From an uncultured Clostridia bacterium (GTDB lineage: Bacteria; Bacillota; Clostridia; UMGS1883), in the NCBI GenBank assembly GCA_934476455.1, contig CAKSNY010000001.1, positions 23,673 through 87,672 on the forward strand: a DNA stretch of 64,000 nucleotides. The letters are read 5' to 3'. The notes beneath the pieces were generated by a model. That model was not told the DNA's origin. It worked only from the letters and a program-made list of their open reading frames with translations, and did no database searches. Positions 44,454 through 54,446 of this stretch are shown one piece after another (the stretch's first letter is position 1; every line of letters begins with the position of its first letter). The translations under genes were made by a program, and so were the position numbers.

Positions 44454-47077
44454 TAATCTCTAAAAAACAAAGACATCATTTATACGCTGCGGTAACGGTT
44501 ATTTTATTACTGACGCTTTGCAATATTACGGGATATGCAAGCAGCACCGATACAACATATGACGAAAGCCTTTCTGCGCTTAACGCCATGGGGGTTTTAA
44601 ACCTTCCGGATTCGGAAGGGGATAATCAAAATATTACACGTGCACAGTTTGCCGCAAATATTTTTAACATTGCGGGATATGAAAAGGTAAATCATCCGGC
44701 GGCGGATATACCGTTTTCGGATGTAAGTGTCGATTATGTGTATAAAGACGAGATATGCACACTTTATGATTTGAAAATTATAAACGGTACGGAAAACGGA
44801 TTCTTTTCACCCGAAGAACCTATAACATATGTACAGGCAGTTAAGCTTGCGGCAGACATACTTGGGTACAGAGAATATGTAAGCGTAAAATACGGAAAGT
44901 ATCCAAACGGGTATATATCAGCCGCCTATGATTTAAAGCTGACAGACGGGATAAAATCTCCTGTAACAGATATACCGTTAAACTTAAAGGATGCAGTTCG
45001 TTTTTTGTATAATACCGCGTGTTCTTTCGTTTCGGAGGGAGAGGAATATAAAACGAACGGAGGTATAACATACGCAAAAGACAACAGAATGCTCATAACA
45101 AAGGGACATAATATTTATTACGGTGAAGGAGTTTTAAAAAGTAACGGGGTATGTGCGCTTACCGGTGTGACGCTGAAAAAGGGTCATACAGAAATAAACA
45201 ATGAGGAATATATGATAGGAAAATGTGACGTTTTAAGCCTTCTCGGAAGCAAGGTAAAATATTTTTACAGAGAGGAAAAAGGCGGAAACGTTCTTTTGTG
45301 GGCGTCGGAGCATAAAAGCAACAAAACGCTGACAATAAACAGCCGTGACCTTATAACAGACGATACCGATTACAGCGCGGAAAAAATAATATATTATGAC
45401 AAAAACAAAAGAACGGCTGCCGAAATATCTCCGTTTGCAAGCATTGTTTATAACAATAAGCTGAGAAACAGTTCTCAAATAAAACCAAAGACAGGAAATA
45501 TAAAGCTTGTTGATAACAACAATGACGGAAGCTACGACACGGTAGTTGTTACTGAATTTAAAAATATGTTTGTTGTCAGCGTTTCGCAAAAAGGAAATTT
45601 CATATCAGACAGTTATAACCATAGCTTAAATCTTGATGATTACAATAATATATATATTTATGAAAATGGCGTACAGATATACCTTGATGATATAGGCAGT
45701 AAACGAATAATTTCATATGTAACAGATGCTGAAAAGGAAAATTTGTATATTTACGTATGCAAAAAGGGGGTGGAGGCAACCTTAGATGCTATCGGTGAAA
45801 AAAGTGGAAAAACAGTATACGAATTTAACGGAAAAGAACTTTATATGTCAGAGGAATATTTAAGTATCGGCGAAAATAATTACAACACAGTATTGCCAAA
45901 GGTGGGTGTAAGGTACTTGTACTATACAGATATTGCCGGAGATATTGCGGAAATAACGGAGGTATCCGGTAATATTTTGGAATATGCTTATTTGATAAAC
46001 GCTGCAAAGGATTCAAGACCGCTTGCAAAAGACAATTCGGCAGCGCTAAGGCTGCTTATGACAGACGGTAATATTATAACAGCATATACCGCAAAAGATA
46101 TTATTATTGACGGCGTAGGAAAAAAGAACGGCAGTGATATTCTTTCGGACAACAGGCTAAACACAGCAGCAGGCTTTAACGAACAGGTCATTAAGGTGCG
46201 CTTTACAAGCAGCGGAGAGTTAAAGGAAATCTGTTTTCCGGAAAATTGTAAATCGGAATACGGGTACGATGTAAAAAATTTTACAACTGATTTTGACGGT
46301 ACTGCAACATTTACGACAAATCGTCAGATTTACACATTTAACTATAAGTACAGCATATATCCGAACACAATTATTTTTGCAAGGTATGATAATATAAATG
46401 TAGATGAACCATACGCTGTTATTGATTACAATGCTCTCAAAGGAATAAAAAGGGCAAGGTTATACGATTGTGATAAAACCCTTTCGCCTTCGGTTGTTGC
46501 GGTTGAGCTGAACGGAGAAGTATACAGCGAAAATATGATTTTGGTTGACAATATAAAATACGAACAACAACAAGACGGTAATTTTTATAAAAAAATATAT
46601 GGTTACAGTTACGGAAAACCGTACGACTGTGTTGAGTATTACGAGGGTGTTATACCTAACGACTTAAAGCGCGGAGATGTTGTACGTGCTGCGCTTTTGG
46701 AACGAAGGGTTGTAAAAATTGAAAAAATAGTAAGCTTAAGTGAACCTCCCGCTCCGCGGCTGGACAATCTTGCAAGCAGCAATTTTTCAATAATTGTCGG
46801 GGAACTGTATGCTATAAGCGAACATGGAATAGTTACATTAAACCCCATAAATACGGCAAGCAGATTGACAACGTCTGCATATTCGTCTCAAACGAGCGGT
46901 CAACTGCAGATTTATGATACGGTAAATGATATAATACGCCCCGCTTTGTTTACAGAAATTATGCCGATTACACTGCCCTATTCGGACGGAACGCTTTGTC
47001 AAAACAACGGCAGTTTATGGGTTGTATTGTATAGAAAATATGAACATTTGAGAGATGCCATTGCGGTTTATTATTAA
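44450..47077 (+). CDS. Large secreted SLH-domain protein; paralog of 36697..39366 (N-terminal 320 aa identical), with a divergent C-terminal region
   Basis: See the repeat feature. The C-terminus ends RDAIAVYY, as in the paralogs. Confidence 0.6.
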   Translation: MIISKKQRHHLYAAVTVILLLTLCNITGYASSTDTTYDESLSALNAMGVLNLPDSEGDNQNITRAQFAANIFNIAGYEKVNHPAADIPFSDVSVDYVYKDEICTLYDLKIINGTENGFFSPEEPITYVQAVKLAADILGYREYVSVKYGKYPNGYISAAYDLKLTDGIKSPVTDIPLNLKDAVRFLYNTACSFVSEGEEYKTNGGITYAKDNRMLITKGHNIYYGEGVLKSNGVCALTGVTLKKGHTEINNEEYMIGKCDVLSLLGSKVKYFYREEKGGNVLLWASEHKSNKTLTINSRDLITDDTDYSAEKIIYYDKNKRTAAEISPFASIVYNNKLRNSSQIKPKTGNIKLVDNNNDGSYDTVVVTEFKNMFVVSVSQKGNFISDSYNHSLNLDDYNNIYIYENGVQIYLDDIGSKRIISYVTDAEKENLYIYVCKKGVEATLDAIGEKSGKTVYEFNGKELYMSEEYLSIGENNYNTVLPKVGVRYLYYTDIAGDIAEITEVSGNILEYAYLINAAKDSRPLAKDNSAALRLLMTDGNIITAYTAKDIIIDGVGKKNGSDILSDNRLNTAAGFNEQVIKVRFTSSGELKEICFPENCKSEYGYDVKNFTTDFDGTATFTTNRQIYTFNYKYSIYPNTIIFARYDNINVDEPYAVIDYNALKGIKRARLYDCDKTLSPSVVAVELNGEVYSENMILVDNIKYEQQQDGNFYKKIYGYSYGKPYDCVEYYEGVIPNDLKRGDVVRAALLERRVVKIEKIVSLSEPPAPRLDNLASSNFSIIVGELYAISEHGIVTLNPINTASRLTTSAYSSQTSGQLQIYDTVNDIIRPALFTEIMPITLPYSDGTLCQNNGSLWVVLYRKYEHLRDAIAVYY
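44507..45468 (+). repeat. Copy B of the ~962-bp direct repeat
   Basis: See copy A. Confidence 0.85.
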
Positions 47078-47108
47078 ACTGTATTAGAATGTGCGGAAAG
47101 GAAAAGAA

Positions 47109-48656
47109 ATGAAATACATATTTAAAATGGAAGAACACGAGCTCTGGTGGGGAGGTACTTCCACTGACGGGATTATTTCCCCGTTTGATAAATCTACGGT
47201 ATTAAAACACGATTTTAGGGTTTTGGCAGATAATCAATCAATGCCTATGTATATTTCAAATATGGGAAGATGTATTTGGTCTGAAGAACCGTTTGAGGTA
47301 AGCTTTTTAAGCGGTGAAATTAAGATTATAGGAAAAGACGTAATAATTGAAAAATTCGGAAATACATTAAGAGATGCATATACGGGTGCGTCAAAAAAAT
47401 ATTTTCCTCAAAAGGGTGAAAAATTACCGGAGAAGTTTTTTACAACGCCGCAATACAACACATGGATGCAGCTTGTATACGACCAAAGCCAAAAAGGTGT
47501 AATGGATTACGCAAAAAATATTATAAAGAACGGATTTGCCCCCGGAATTTTAATTATAGACGAGGGCTGGCAAAAAGATTACGGAAAGTGGCAGTTTGAT
47601 GAAATAAAATTCCCGGAACCAAAAAAAATGATTGATGAACTCCACGCTATGGGCTTTACTGTTATGCTGTGGGTTGTACCTTTTGTGGGAACGGACGGAA
47701 AAGATTATGCCATGCGTGTATTTAAGGGACTTTCACCCGATAAATACCAACAAAACTTTTTGCGAAATGAAAATGGGAAACCTTTAATAACAGAATGGTG
47801 GAACGGTTACAGTTCTATTTTAGATTTCACAAATGAATATGACAAAGAATATTTAGATTCACAGCTGCAATCGCTTATTGATGAATTTTCTATAGACGGC
47901 TTTAAATTTGACGGGGGATGTCTTGCCAGCTATTGTGATACACGTGCTGTAAACGGTCCGATTAACAAGATGTACACACCTGCGCAAAGAAATATAGCAT
48001 GGAATGAGTTCGGGCTTAAGTACAGTTATCATGAATATAAAGATACTTTTAAGGGCGGTGGGAAAAGGTGCATTCAAAGACTATTTGATAAATTTCACAG
48101 TTGGGACAACAACGGACTTAATACGCTTATCCCGAATGCTTTGTCAGCCGGGTTAATGGGCTATCCTTTTATATGCCCTGATATGATAGGCGGGGGCGAA
48201 TGGACTATTCGTGAAAATAATCAGAGGGTAGATATGGAGCTTTTTGTACGAATGGCGCAATGCAGCGCACTTTTCCCGATGATGCAGTTTTCTTGGGCGC
48301 CTTGGGAAGCTGTGGATAAACAGCATTTAAAGTATATAAAGGATGCACACGACCTTCATATAAGATTTGCGGATAGATTCAGAGCATTGGTTGAACAGTG
48401 CTATAAAGATAACGAGCCTGTTTTAAGAAGCCTTGAATACAATTATCCGCATTGCGGATTTGAAAGGGTGAAAGATATGTTTATGCTGGGAAATGATATC
48501 TTAGCCGCACCTGTTATCGTAAAAGGGCAAAAGGTTAGAAAGGTAACGCTTCCGCAAGGAAAATGGAAAGGTTTTAACGGAATTGAATATTATGGCAATA
48601 AAACATATGAAATACCGGTAACACTTGCAGATACAGTTTATTTCACCAAAATGTGA
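47109..48656 (+). CDS. GH31 family glycoside hydrolase (short form; alpha-glucosidase/alpha-xylosidase/alpha-galactosidase-like)
   Basis: IDGFKFDGG matches the GH31 nucleophile region (compare YicI VDCFKTDFGE). IIDEGWQ is also characteristic. No signal peptide. Start chosen at the ATG after GGAAAGGAAAAG. Confidence 0.6.
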   Translation: MKYIFKMEEHELWWGGTSTDGIISPFDKSTVLKHDFRVLADNQSMPMYISNMGRCIWSEEPFEVSFLSGEIKIIGKDVIIEKFGNTLRDAYTGASKKYFPQKGEKLPEKFFTTPQYNTWMQLVYDQSQKGVMDYAKNIIKNGFAPGILIIDEGWQKDYGKWQFDEIKFPEPKKMIDELHAMGFTVMLWVVPFVGTDGKDYAMRVFKGLSPDKYQQNFLRNENGKPLITEWWNGYSSILDFTNEYDKEYLDSQLQSLIDEFSIDGFKFDGGCLASYCDTRAVNGPINKMYTPAQRNIAWNEFGLKYSYHEYKDTFKGGGKRCIQRLFDKFHSWDNNGLNTLIPNALSAGLMGYPFICPDMIGGGEWTIRENNQRVDMELFVRMAQCSALFPMMQFSWAPWEAVDKQHLKYIKDAHDLHIRFADRFRALVEQCYKDNEPVLRSLEYNYPHCGFERVKDMFMLGNDILAAPVIVKGQKVRKVTLPQGKWKGFNGIEYYGNKTYEIPVTLADTVYFTKM

Positions 48657-48734
48657 TATGAAATACCACGGTGAAAATATAAGGCAGAAAATAAAAAAAG
48701 ATATTTTAATATGCAGACAGAAAGGCTGAAAATA

Positions 48735-49829
48735 ATGAATACATACAAGAGTGCTCTTGAATATGCAAAAATGTGCTGTGATACAATTATGCGCAAATTC
48801 CCTGCAAAGGAGCTTCCGCCCAAAGGAAGATTTCATTACCACGCGGGGGTGTTTTTGTCCGGTATGGAAAGATGCTTCCTTCTAAATGGAATGGAAAAAT
48901 ATAATGAATATATAAAGGCTTTCATAGACGAGTTTGTTGATAATAACGGAAAACTTAACAATGCTAATTTGGAAAAATTAGACGATATGCAGCCTTGTAA
49001 TTTGATGTTCCGCTACTGTAACCGGGATGACAGATATAACAAAGTGCTTGACAGTGTTGTGCCGCGCCTGCTTACATGGAAAACAAATAAGTACGGCGGA
49101 TTTTGGCACATGGGAGATACACCTGATCAAATGTGGCTTGACAGCCTTTATATGGGCGGTCCGTTAGCTGTCAGATATGGACTTTCGAGGGGTAAGCGCG
49201 AATATATAGAACTAATTCATAAGCAAATGGAACTTATGTTTAAAAATATGCGTAATAAAAAAACAGGGCTTTTGTACCATGCGTGGGATTGCAGTAAAAA
49301 AGAATTATGGGCAAATCATGAAAACGGTTGTTCGGGCTTTTTCTGGGGCAGAGCAATTGGATGGGTAATTGTTGCAACAGCAGATATTGCCGAATATCTC
49401 GGAGACGACGTTCTCGCACGAAGCTTTATGGATCGTGCGGTCGAACTTACTATGGCAGTTTTAAAATATCAGGATCCAAAAAGCAATTTATGGTTTCAGG
49501 TTGTGGACAAGGGAGATGATCCTGATAATTGGACGGAAACATCGTGTTCGTGCCTTTTCTTATACGGTTTGTGTAAACTGATAAGAATGGGAGCTATTGA
49601 CAATAAGTATATAGAAAGAGCAGAAAAAGCTTTTCACGGAATTATAAAAGAAAAAACGTATGAAGAAAACGGAAATTTTATTGTAAAGGACATATGTATA
49701 GGAACCGGCGTCGGAGATTATAAACACTATATAGAGCGTCCAACGGTTGAAAATGATTTGCACGGAACAGGGGCATTTACACTTATGTGTACGGAATATG
49801 AAAAAATGCAGCGTAAGTGGGAGAAATAA
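48735..49829 (+). CDS. GH105/GH88 family unsaturated rhamnogalacturonyl/glucuronyl hydrolase (YteR/YesR-like)
   Basis: QMWLDSLYMGGP matches the catalytic Asp region of the YteR family. The (alpha/alpha)6-type composition and the ~365-aa size fit. Confidence 0.7.
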   Translation: MNTYKSALEYAKMCCDTIMRKFPAKELPPKGRFHYHAGVFLSGMERCFLLNGMEKYNEYIKAFIDEFVDNNGKLNNANLEKLDDMQPCNLMFRYCNRDDRYNKVLDSVVPRLLTWKTNKYGGFWHMGDTPDQMWLDSLYMGGPLAVRYGLSRGKREYIELIHKQMELMFKNMRNKKTGLLYHAWDCSKKELWANHENGCSGFFWGRAIGWVIVATADIAEYLGDDVLARSFMDRAVELTMAVLKYQDPKSNLWFQVVDKGDDPDNWTETSCSCLFLYGLCKLIRMGAIDNKYIERAEKAFHGIIKEKTYEENGNFIVKDICIGTGVGDYKHYIERPTVENDLHGTGAFTLMCTEYEKMQRKWEK

Positions 49830-49849
49830 CAAAGTAAGGAGATGTTAAA

Positions 49850-51250
49850 ATGAAAAAAACAGAGGTAACGTTTGCGCTGTTTTTCGGAAACCGCGGGTTT
49901 TTCCCCGGCGAGGTTATAGCAAGCGCGCGTAAGGAAATGATCGCCGCCGTTACAAAAAACGGTTTTGACTATATCTGTATGGACGAAAGCCTTACCCGCT
50001 ACGGCGCTGTTGAAACACGCGCCGAGGGGAAAAAATATGCGGCTTTTCTTGAAGAAAACAGGGGCAAGTTCGACGGTATAATTTTGTGTATGCCCAATTT
50101 TTCCGATGAAAACGGAGCAGCAGAGGCGCTTAAGGGGATAGATGTACCCGTGCTTGTGCAGGCATATCCCGACGAGCTCGGAAAAATGGATTTTGCACAA
50201 AGGCGCGATACCGTCTGCGGAAAGTTTGCAATGTGCCATGTACTTCGTCAGTGCAAAATAAATTTTACATTAACAAAGAAAATGGCAGTATCGCCGTCTG
50301 ATGAAGCATTCTCGGAGGATTTAAAGCGCTTTGGTGCAATCTGCCGTATTGTAAAGGGAATGAAAAGCTTCAGCATAGGCGCTATGGGTGCAAGAACAAC
50401 AGCCTTTAAAACCGTAAGGGCAGACGAAACCGCACTTCAGGGAAAAGGCATTACGGTTGAAACAATAGACCTTTCGTATATATTCGACTTAATGGAAAAG
50501 GTCGAAGCAAAGCAGCTTGAAGAAAAGAAAGAATATTACAGGGGCGTTGCGTCCTTTGGCAGTTATCCGGAGGAAAAGCTTACAAATATAGCAAGGCTCG
50601 GAGCAGTGTTTGACAATCTTATAGAGGAATACGGTTTAAATGCCGTTGCCGTAAGATGCTGGGATGAATTTGTAACGCAGTACAATATAGCGCCGTGCCT
50701 TGTATTAAGCGATCTCAACGAGAAAGGCATACCTGCGGCGTGCGAGCTTGACGTAAACAATGCTGTTATGATGTATGCGCTGTGCCTTGCCTCGCAGGAG
50801 CCTGTAATGCTGCTTGACGTAAACAATAACTACGGTACATCGGAAACAAAGAATATAATGTTCCACTGCTCTGCGGTTCCGTCGTCATTTTTTAAAGAAA
50901 AGCCGTATATTTCCGAGCATTTGATGTTTAAGAAAAGCTACGGCGAAGGAACGGGCGTGGGTATTCTTAACGGAAAAATTAAAAGCGGGAAGGTAACCGT
51001 CGGAACAATTAAAACAGAGGACGGCAAAATCAGCGGTTTTACCACAGACGGAAAGCTGACCGATGACGAATTTGATAAGGAATTTTTCGGCACGGGTATT
51101 GTGTTTGAAAACAAAAACCTTGAAGGAATATTTAAGTTTATGTGCGAAAACGGCTATAAGCACCATGTTGCAATAGCAAAGGGCGAATGGTCAGACAGTG
51201 TGAAAGAGGCGCTTGAAAAATACCTCGGATATAATATAGATATACTGTAA
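49850..51250 (+). CDS. L-fucose/L-arabinose isomerase family protein (FucI/AraA-like, ~466 aa)
   Basis: The overall pattern fits the short FucI-related isomerases (COG2407-type). The N-terminal Rossmann-like region is FALFFGNRGFFPGE. No signal peptide. Confidence 0.55.
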   Translation: MKKTEVTFALFFGNRGFFPGEVIASARKEMIAAVTKNGFDYICMDESLTRYGAVETRAEGKKYAAFLEENRGKFDGIILCMPNFSDENGAAEALKGIDVPVLVQAYPDELGKMDFAQRRDTVCGKFAMCHVLRQCKINFTLTKKMAVSPSDEAFSEDLKRFGAICRIVKGMKSFSIGAMGARTTAFKTVRADETALQGKGITVETIDLSYIFDLMEKVEAKQLEEKKEYYRGVASFGSYPEEKLTNIARLGAVFDNLIEEYGLNAVAVRCWDEFVTQYNIAPCLVLSDLNEKGIPAACELDVNNAVMMYALCLASQEPVMLLDVNNNYGTSETKNIMFHCSAVPSSFFKEKPYISEHLMFKKSYGEGTGVGILNGKIKSGKVTVGTIKTEDGKISGFTTDGKLTDDEFDKEFFGTGIVFENKNLEGIFKFMCENGYKHHVAIAKGEWSDSVKEALEKYLGYNIDIL

Positions 51251-51260
51251 AATGGAGGAA

Positions 51261-52157
51261 ATGAAAGTGAATAAGCTTGGCATTTTTATGAATTTTTGGG
51301 AAAAGAACTGGGATGCAGACCACGCAAAGTATATAAAAAAGGCAAAGGCTATAGGGTTTGACGTTTTGGAATTTCAGGCGCAGCCGCTGCTTGAAATGTC
51401 GGATGAAAAAATACGCTCTTTAAAAGCGCTTGCCGATGAAACAGGTATTGAGCTTACATACAGCCTCGGACTGGATCGGGCGTACGATGTTTCATCTCTT
51501 GACGAAACGGTAAGACTTGGCGGGGTTAAATATCTGCAAAACATAATAAAGAAGATGTATGTCGGCGGGGGAACGCTGCTTTCCGGCGTAAGCTATGCAG
51601 GGTGGGGAACACCCGACAATTTTAACGGCGACAAACGCCCGTATTGGGAACAAAGCGTAAAAAGTATGCGCGAGATAATAAAAACAGCCCAGGAGTGCGG
51701 CGTTACCTATTGTGTGGAAGCGGTAAACCGTTTTGAAACGTGCCTTATAAACACAGCGGAGGAAGCGCTTAAATATACAGAAGAAATAGACAGCCCGAAC
51801 ATTGGGGTGCTGCTTGACACGTATCATATGAATATAGAGGAAAATAACATAGGCGATGCAATAAGGCTGGTCGGAAAAAGGCTGACAAGCTTTCACACAG
51901 GGGAAAACAACCGCACGGCACCGGGCAGGGGACATATAAACTGGGACGAAATATTTAAAGCGCTTGCCGATATTGAATATAAAGGGAGAATAATATCCGA
52001 GCCTTTTGTAACGGAAGGCGGAGAGGTAGGGCGCGATATACATGTGTACCGCAATCTTGTAGAAAACCCGTGCGAGGGAACCATCGATAACGAGGCAAGA
52101 TTCCTTTTGAATTTTGAAAAGAAAATGCTTGAAAAATATATGTGCATAAATATATAA
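51261..52157 (+). CDS. Ketose 3-epimerase (D-psicose/D-tagatose 3-epimerase family; xylose-isomerase-like TIM barrel)
   Basis: FHTGENNRTAPGRGHINWDEIFKALADIEYKGRIISEPF closely matches the DPEase/DTEase signature (FHTGECNRRVPGKGRMPW ... IMEPF). Start chosen at the ATG after GGAGGA. Confidence 0.7.
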   Translation: MKVNKLGIFMNFWEKNWDADHAKYIKKAKAIGFDVLEFQAQPLLEMSDEKIRSLKALADETGIELTYSLGLDRAYDVSSLDETVRLGGVKYLQNIIKKMYVGGGTLLSGVSYAGWGTPDNFNGDKRPYWEQSVKSMREIIKTAQECGVTYCVEAVNRFETCLINTAEEALKYTEEIDSPNIGVLLDTYHMNIEENNIGDAIRLVGKRLTSFHTGENNRTAPGRGHINWDEIFKALADIEYKGRIISEPFVTEGGEVGRDIHVYRNLVENPCEGTIDNEARFLLNFEKKMLEKYMCINI

Positions 52158-52182
52158 TGAAAAAATGAAAGGAAACGAAGAA

Positions 52183-54375
52183 ATGATTGTATATGACGGC
52201 AGTACAAATATTTTTCACATTGCAACAAAAAACACCTCATACATAATGCGCCTTAAATGCGGCAGCATACTTGAGCATCTGTATTACGGAAAGCGCCTTC
52301 AAAATATCGACGGGATAGAGCTTTTCCCCGATGATGAAATAAAGAATTTTGCAGCGGTTGACTGTAGAGTGGGCGCGGATGGTGCGCGCCTTTCAACAGA
52401 GTGTATAATGCAGGAGTACGCTTTTTTCGGAAGTGCGGATTTGCGCAAGCCGTCGTTTCACGCACAGTATAAAGACGGCAGCAGAATTACAAAAATGAAA
52501 TATGCGGGGCATAAAATTTACAGCGGCAAAAATGCGCTTTGCGGCTTGCCCTCGACATGCGAAGGAGAGGATAAAAACGTTCAAACGCTTGAAATCACTC
52601 TTTTTGACGAGCTTACAGGGCTGAAGCTTATTCTTTTGTATTCCGCATTTGAAGAAAAGGACGCAATTGTAAGAAGTGTTCGTGCGGAGAACAGCGGAAA
52701 CAGCCCGATAGACATTAAAGAAATAATGAGTATGAGTATTGATATGGCGGACGATGGGTATGATTTTTTGCACCTTCCCGGTTCGTGGGCAAGGGAACGC
52801 CATATAGAAAGAAAGCCGCTTATAAGCGGAACAATGAAAATTGAAAGCCGCCGCGGCAGCAGCTCGCATCATCACAGCCCGTTTTTTGCACTTGCAAAGA
52901 AAGAAGCGACGGAATACAGCGGCGATGTTTACGGATTCAGCTTTGTTTACAGCGGAAACTTTGAAGCGGGGATAGAAAAAGACACATACAATACAATCCG
53001 TGCTTTTATGGGGATAAACTCGTTTGACTTTAGCTGGCGCCTTGAAAGCGGAGAGGCGTTTACCGCACCCGAGGTTGTTATGATATATTCCGAAAACGGA
53101 TTAACGGATATGTCGCAAAGATTTCACAATCTTTATAAAAAGAACCTGGCGCGCGGGAAGTGGCGCGACAAAGAGCGCCCGATTCTTATAAACAACTGGG
53201 AGGCAACGTATTTTGACTTTGACGAGGAAAAAATACTTCAAATTGCAAAAAAAGCAAAGAGCGTAGGGATAGAGCTTATGGTGCTTGACGACGGCTGGTT
53301 TGGGAAAAGGAACAGCGACAATTGCTCCCTAGGTGACTGGACGGAAAACCGCGAAAAGCTGCCGCACGGCATAGACGGTCTTGCAGAGGAGATTGAAAAG
53401 CTTGGAATGAAGTTCGGGCTGTGGTTTGAGCCTGAAATGGTTTCGCCCGACAGTGACCTTTACAGGGCGCACCCCGACTGGTGCCTGCACGTTGAAAACC
53501 GCGAAAAAAGCTTGGGGCGAAACCAGCTTATACTTGATTTATCGCGGGAGGACGTGTGCGGGTATGTGGTATCGTTTCTTACGGATATTCTTAAAAGGGC
53601 AAAAATATCGTACGTAAAGTGGGATATGAACAGAAATATGACAGAGGTCGGCTCTGCGCTTCTGCCGCCGCAAAAACAGGCAGAGGTTTCGCACCGCTAT
53701 ATGCTTGGGCTGTACAAAATCCTTGAAACAATCACAAAGGAATTTCCGGACGTTCTTTTCGAGGGGTGCAGCGGCGGCGGCGGAAGGTTTGATGCGGGAA
53801 TGATGCACTACTTTAATCAGTACTGGACAAGCGACGATACAGATGGGGTTGAGCGCATATACATACAGTACGGCACAAGCATTGTTATGCCGCCCACCTT
53901 TATGGGAGCGCATATATCCGATGTTCCCAATCATCAGACGCAGCGTGTAACGCCGATGAAGCTTAGGGCAGACGCTTCATTGTGCGGGCAGTTTGGCTAT
54001 GAGCTTGACATAACAAAAATGAGTGATGACGAATTAGAAGAGGTTAAAAAGCAGATAGAATTTTATAAGTCCGTACGCGATGTAATACACAACGGCGATA
54101 TGTACCGTCTTGCTTCGCCGTTTGAAGAAAGCCGCGCCGCGTGGGAGTTTGTATCGGAGGATAAACAAACGGCTGTTTTGTGCAGTTATATTATAAAAAA
54201 GCTGCCCGGAATGAAGCACGGAAGAATTAAAATGCGCGGGCTTAAAGAAAACGCCCTTTACCGCATAAGGGGAACGGAGCATACCTTCGGCGGCAGTGTT
54301 TTGATGAATTACGGCATAAGGGCAAAGGAAGAAAAGGATTATGACAGCGAAATTTTGGTTTTTGATATGATATAA
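52183..54375 (+). CDS. GH36 alpha-galactosidase
   Basis: The N-terminus MIVYDGSTNIFHIATKNTSYIM is typical for AgaA/MelA. The GH36 catalytic motifs KWDMNR and CSGGGGRFD are present. ~730 aa. Confidence 0.85.
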   Translation: MIVYDGSTNIFHIATKNTSYIMRLKCGSILEHLYYGKRLQNIDGIELFPDDEIKNFAAVDCRVGADGARLSTECIMQEYAFFGSADLRKPSFHAQYKDGSRITKMKYAGHKIYSGKNALCGLPSTCEGEDKNVQTLEITLFDELTGLKLILLYSAFEEKDAIVRSVRAENSGNSPIDIKEIMSMSIDMADDGYDFLHLPGSWARERHIERKPLISGTMKIESRRGSSSHHHSPFFALAKKEATEYSGDVYGFSFVYSGNFEAGIEKDTYNTIRAFMGINSFDFSWRLESGEAFTAPEVVMIYSENGLTDMSQRFHNLYKKNLARGKWRDKERPILINNWEATYFDFDEEKILQIAKKAKSVGIELMVLDDGWFGKRNSDNCSLGDWTENREKLPHGIDGLAEEIEKLGMKFGLWFEPEMVSPDSDLYRAHPDWCLHVENREKSLGRNQLILDLSREDVCGYVVSFLTDILKRAKISYVKWDMNRNMTEVGSALLPPQKQAEVSHRYMLGLYKILETITKEFPDVLFEGCSGGGGRFDAGMMHYFNQYWTSDDTDGVERIYIQYGTSIVMPPTFMGAHISDVPNHQTQRVTPMKLRADASLCGQFGYELDITKMSDDELEEVKKQIEFYKSVRDVIHNGDMYRLASPFEESRAAWEFVSEDKQTAVLCSYIIKKLPGMKHGRIKMRGLKENALYRIRGTEHTFGGSVLMNYGIRAKEEKDYDSEILVFDMI

Positions 54376-54405
54376 TCAAAAACCTATGTAAAAAAATGGA
54401 ATTGG

Positions 54406-54446
54406 TGCGGCAGCTTAAGCTGCCGCATTAGTTTTTGCCTTTTTAC
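54406..54446 (+). terminator. Rho-independent terminator (tgcggcagc-ttaa-gctgccgca + T-rich tail) ending the glycosidase/isomerase operon
   Basis: A 9-bp GC-rich stem and tetraloop followed by ttagtttttgcctttttac, 30 bp after the GH36 stop codon. Confidence 0.7.
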
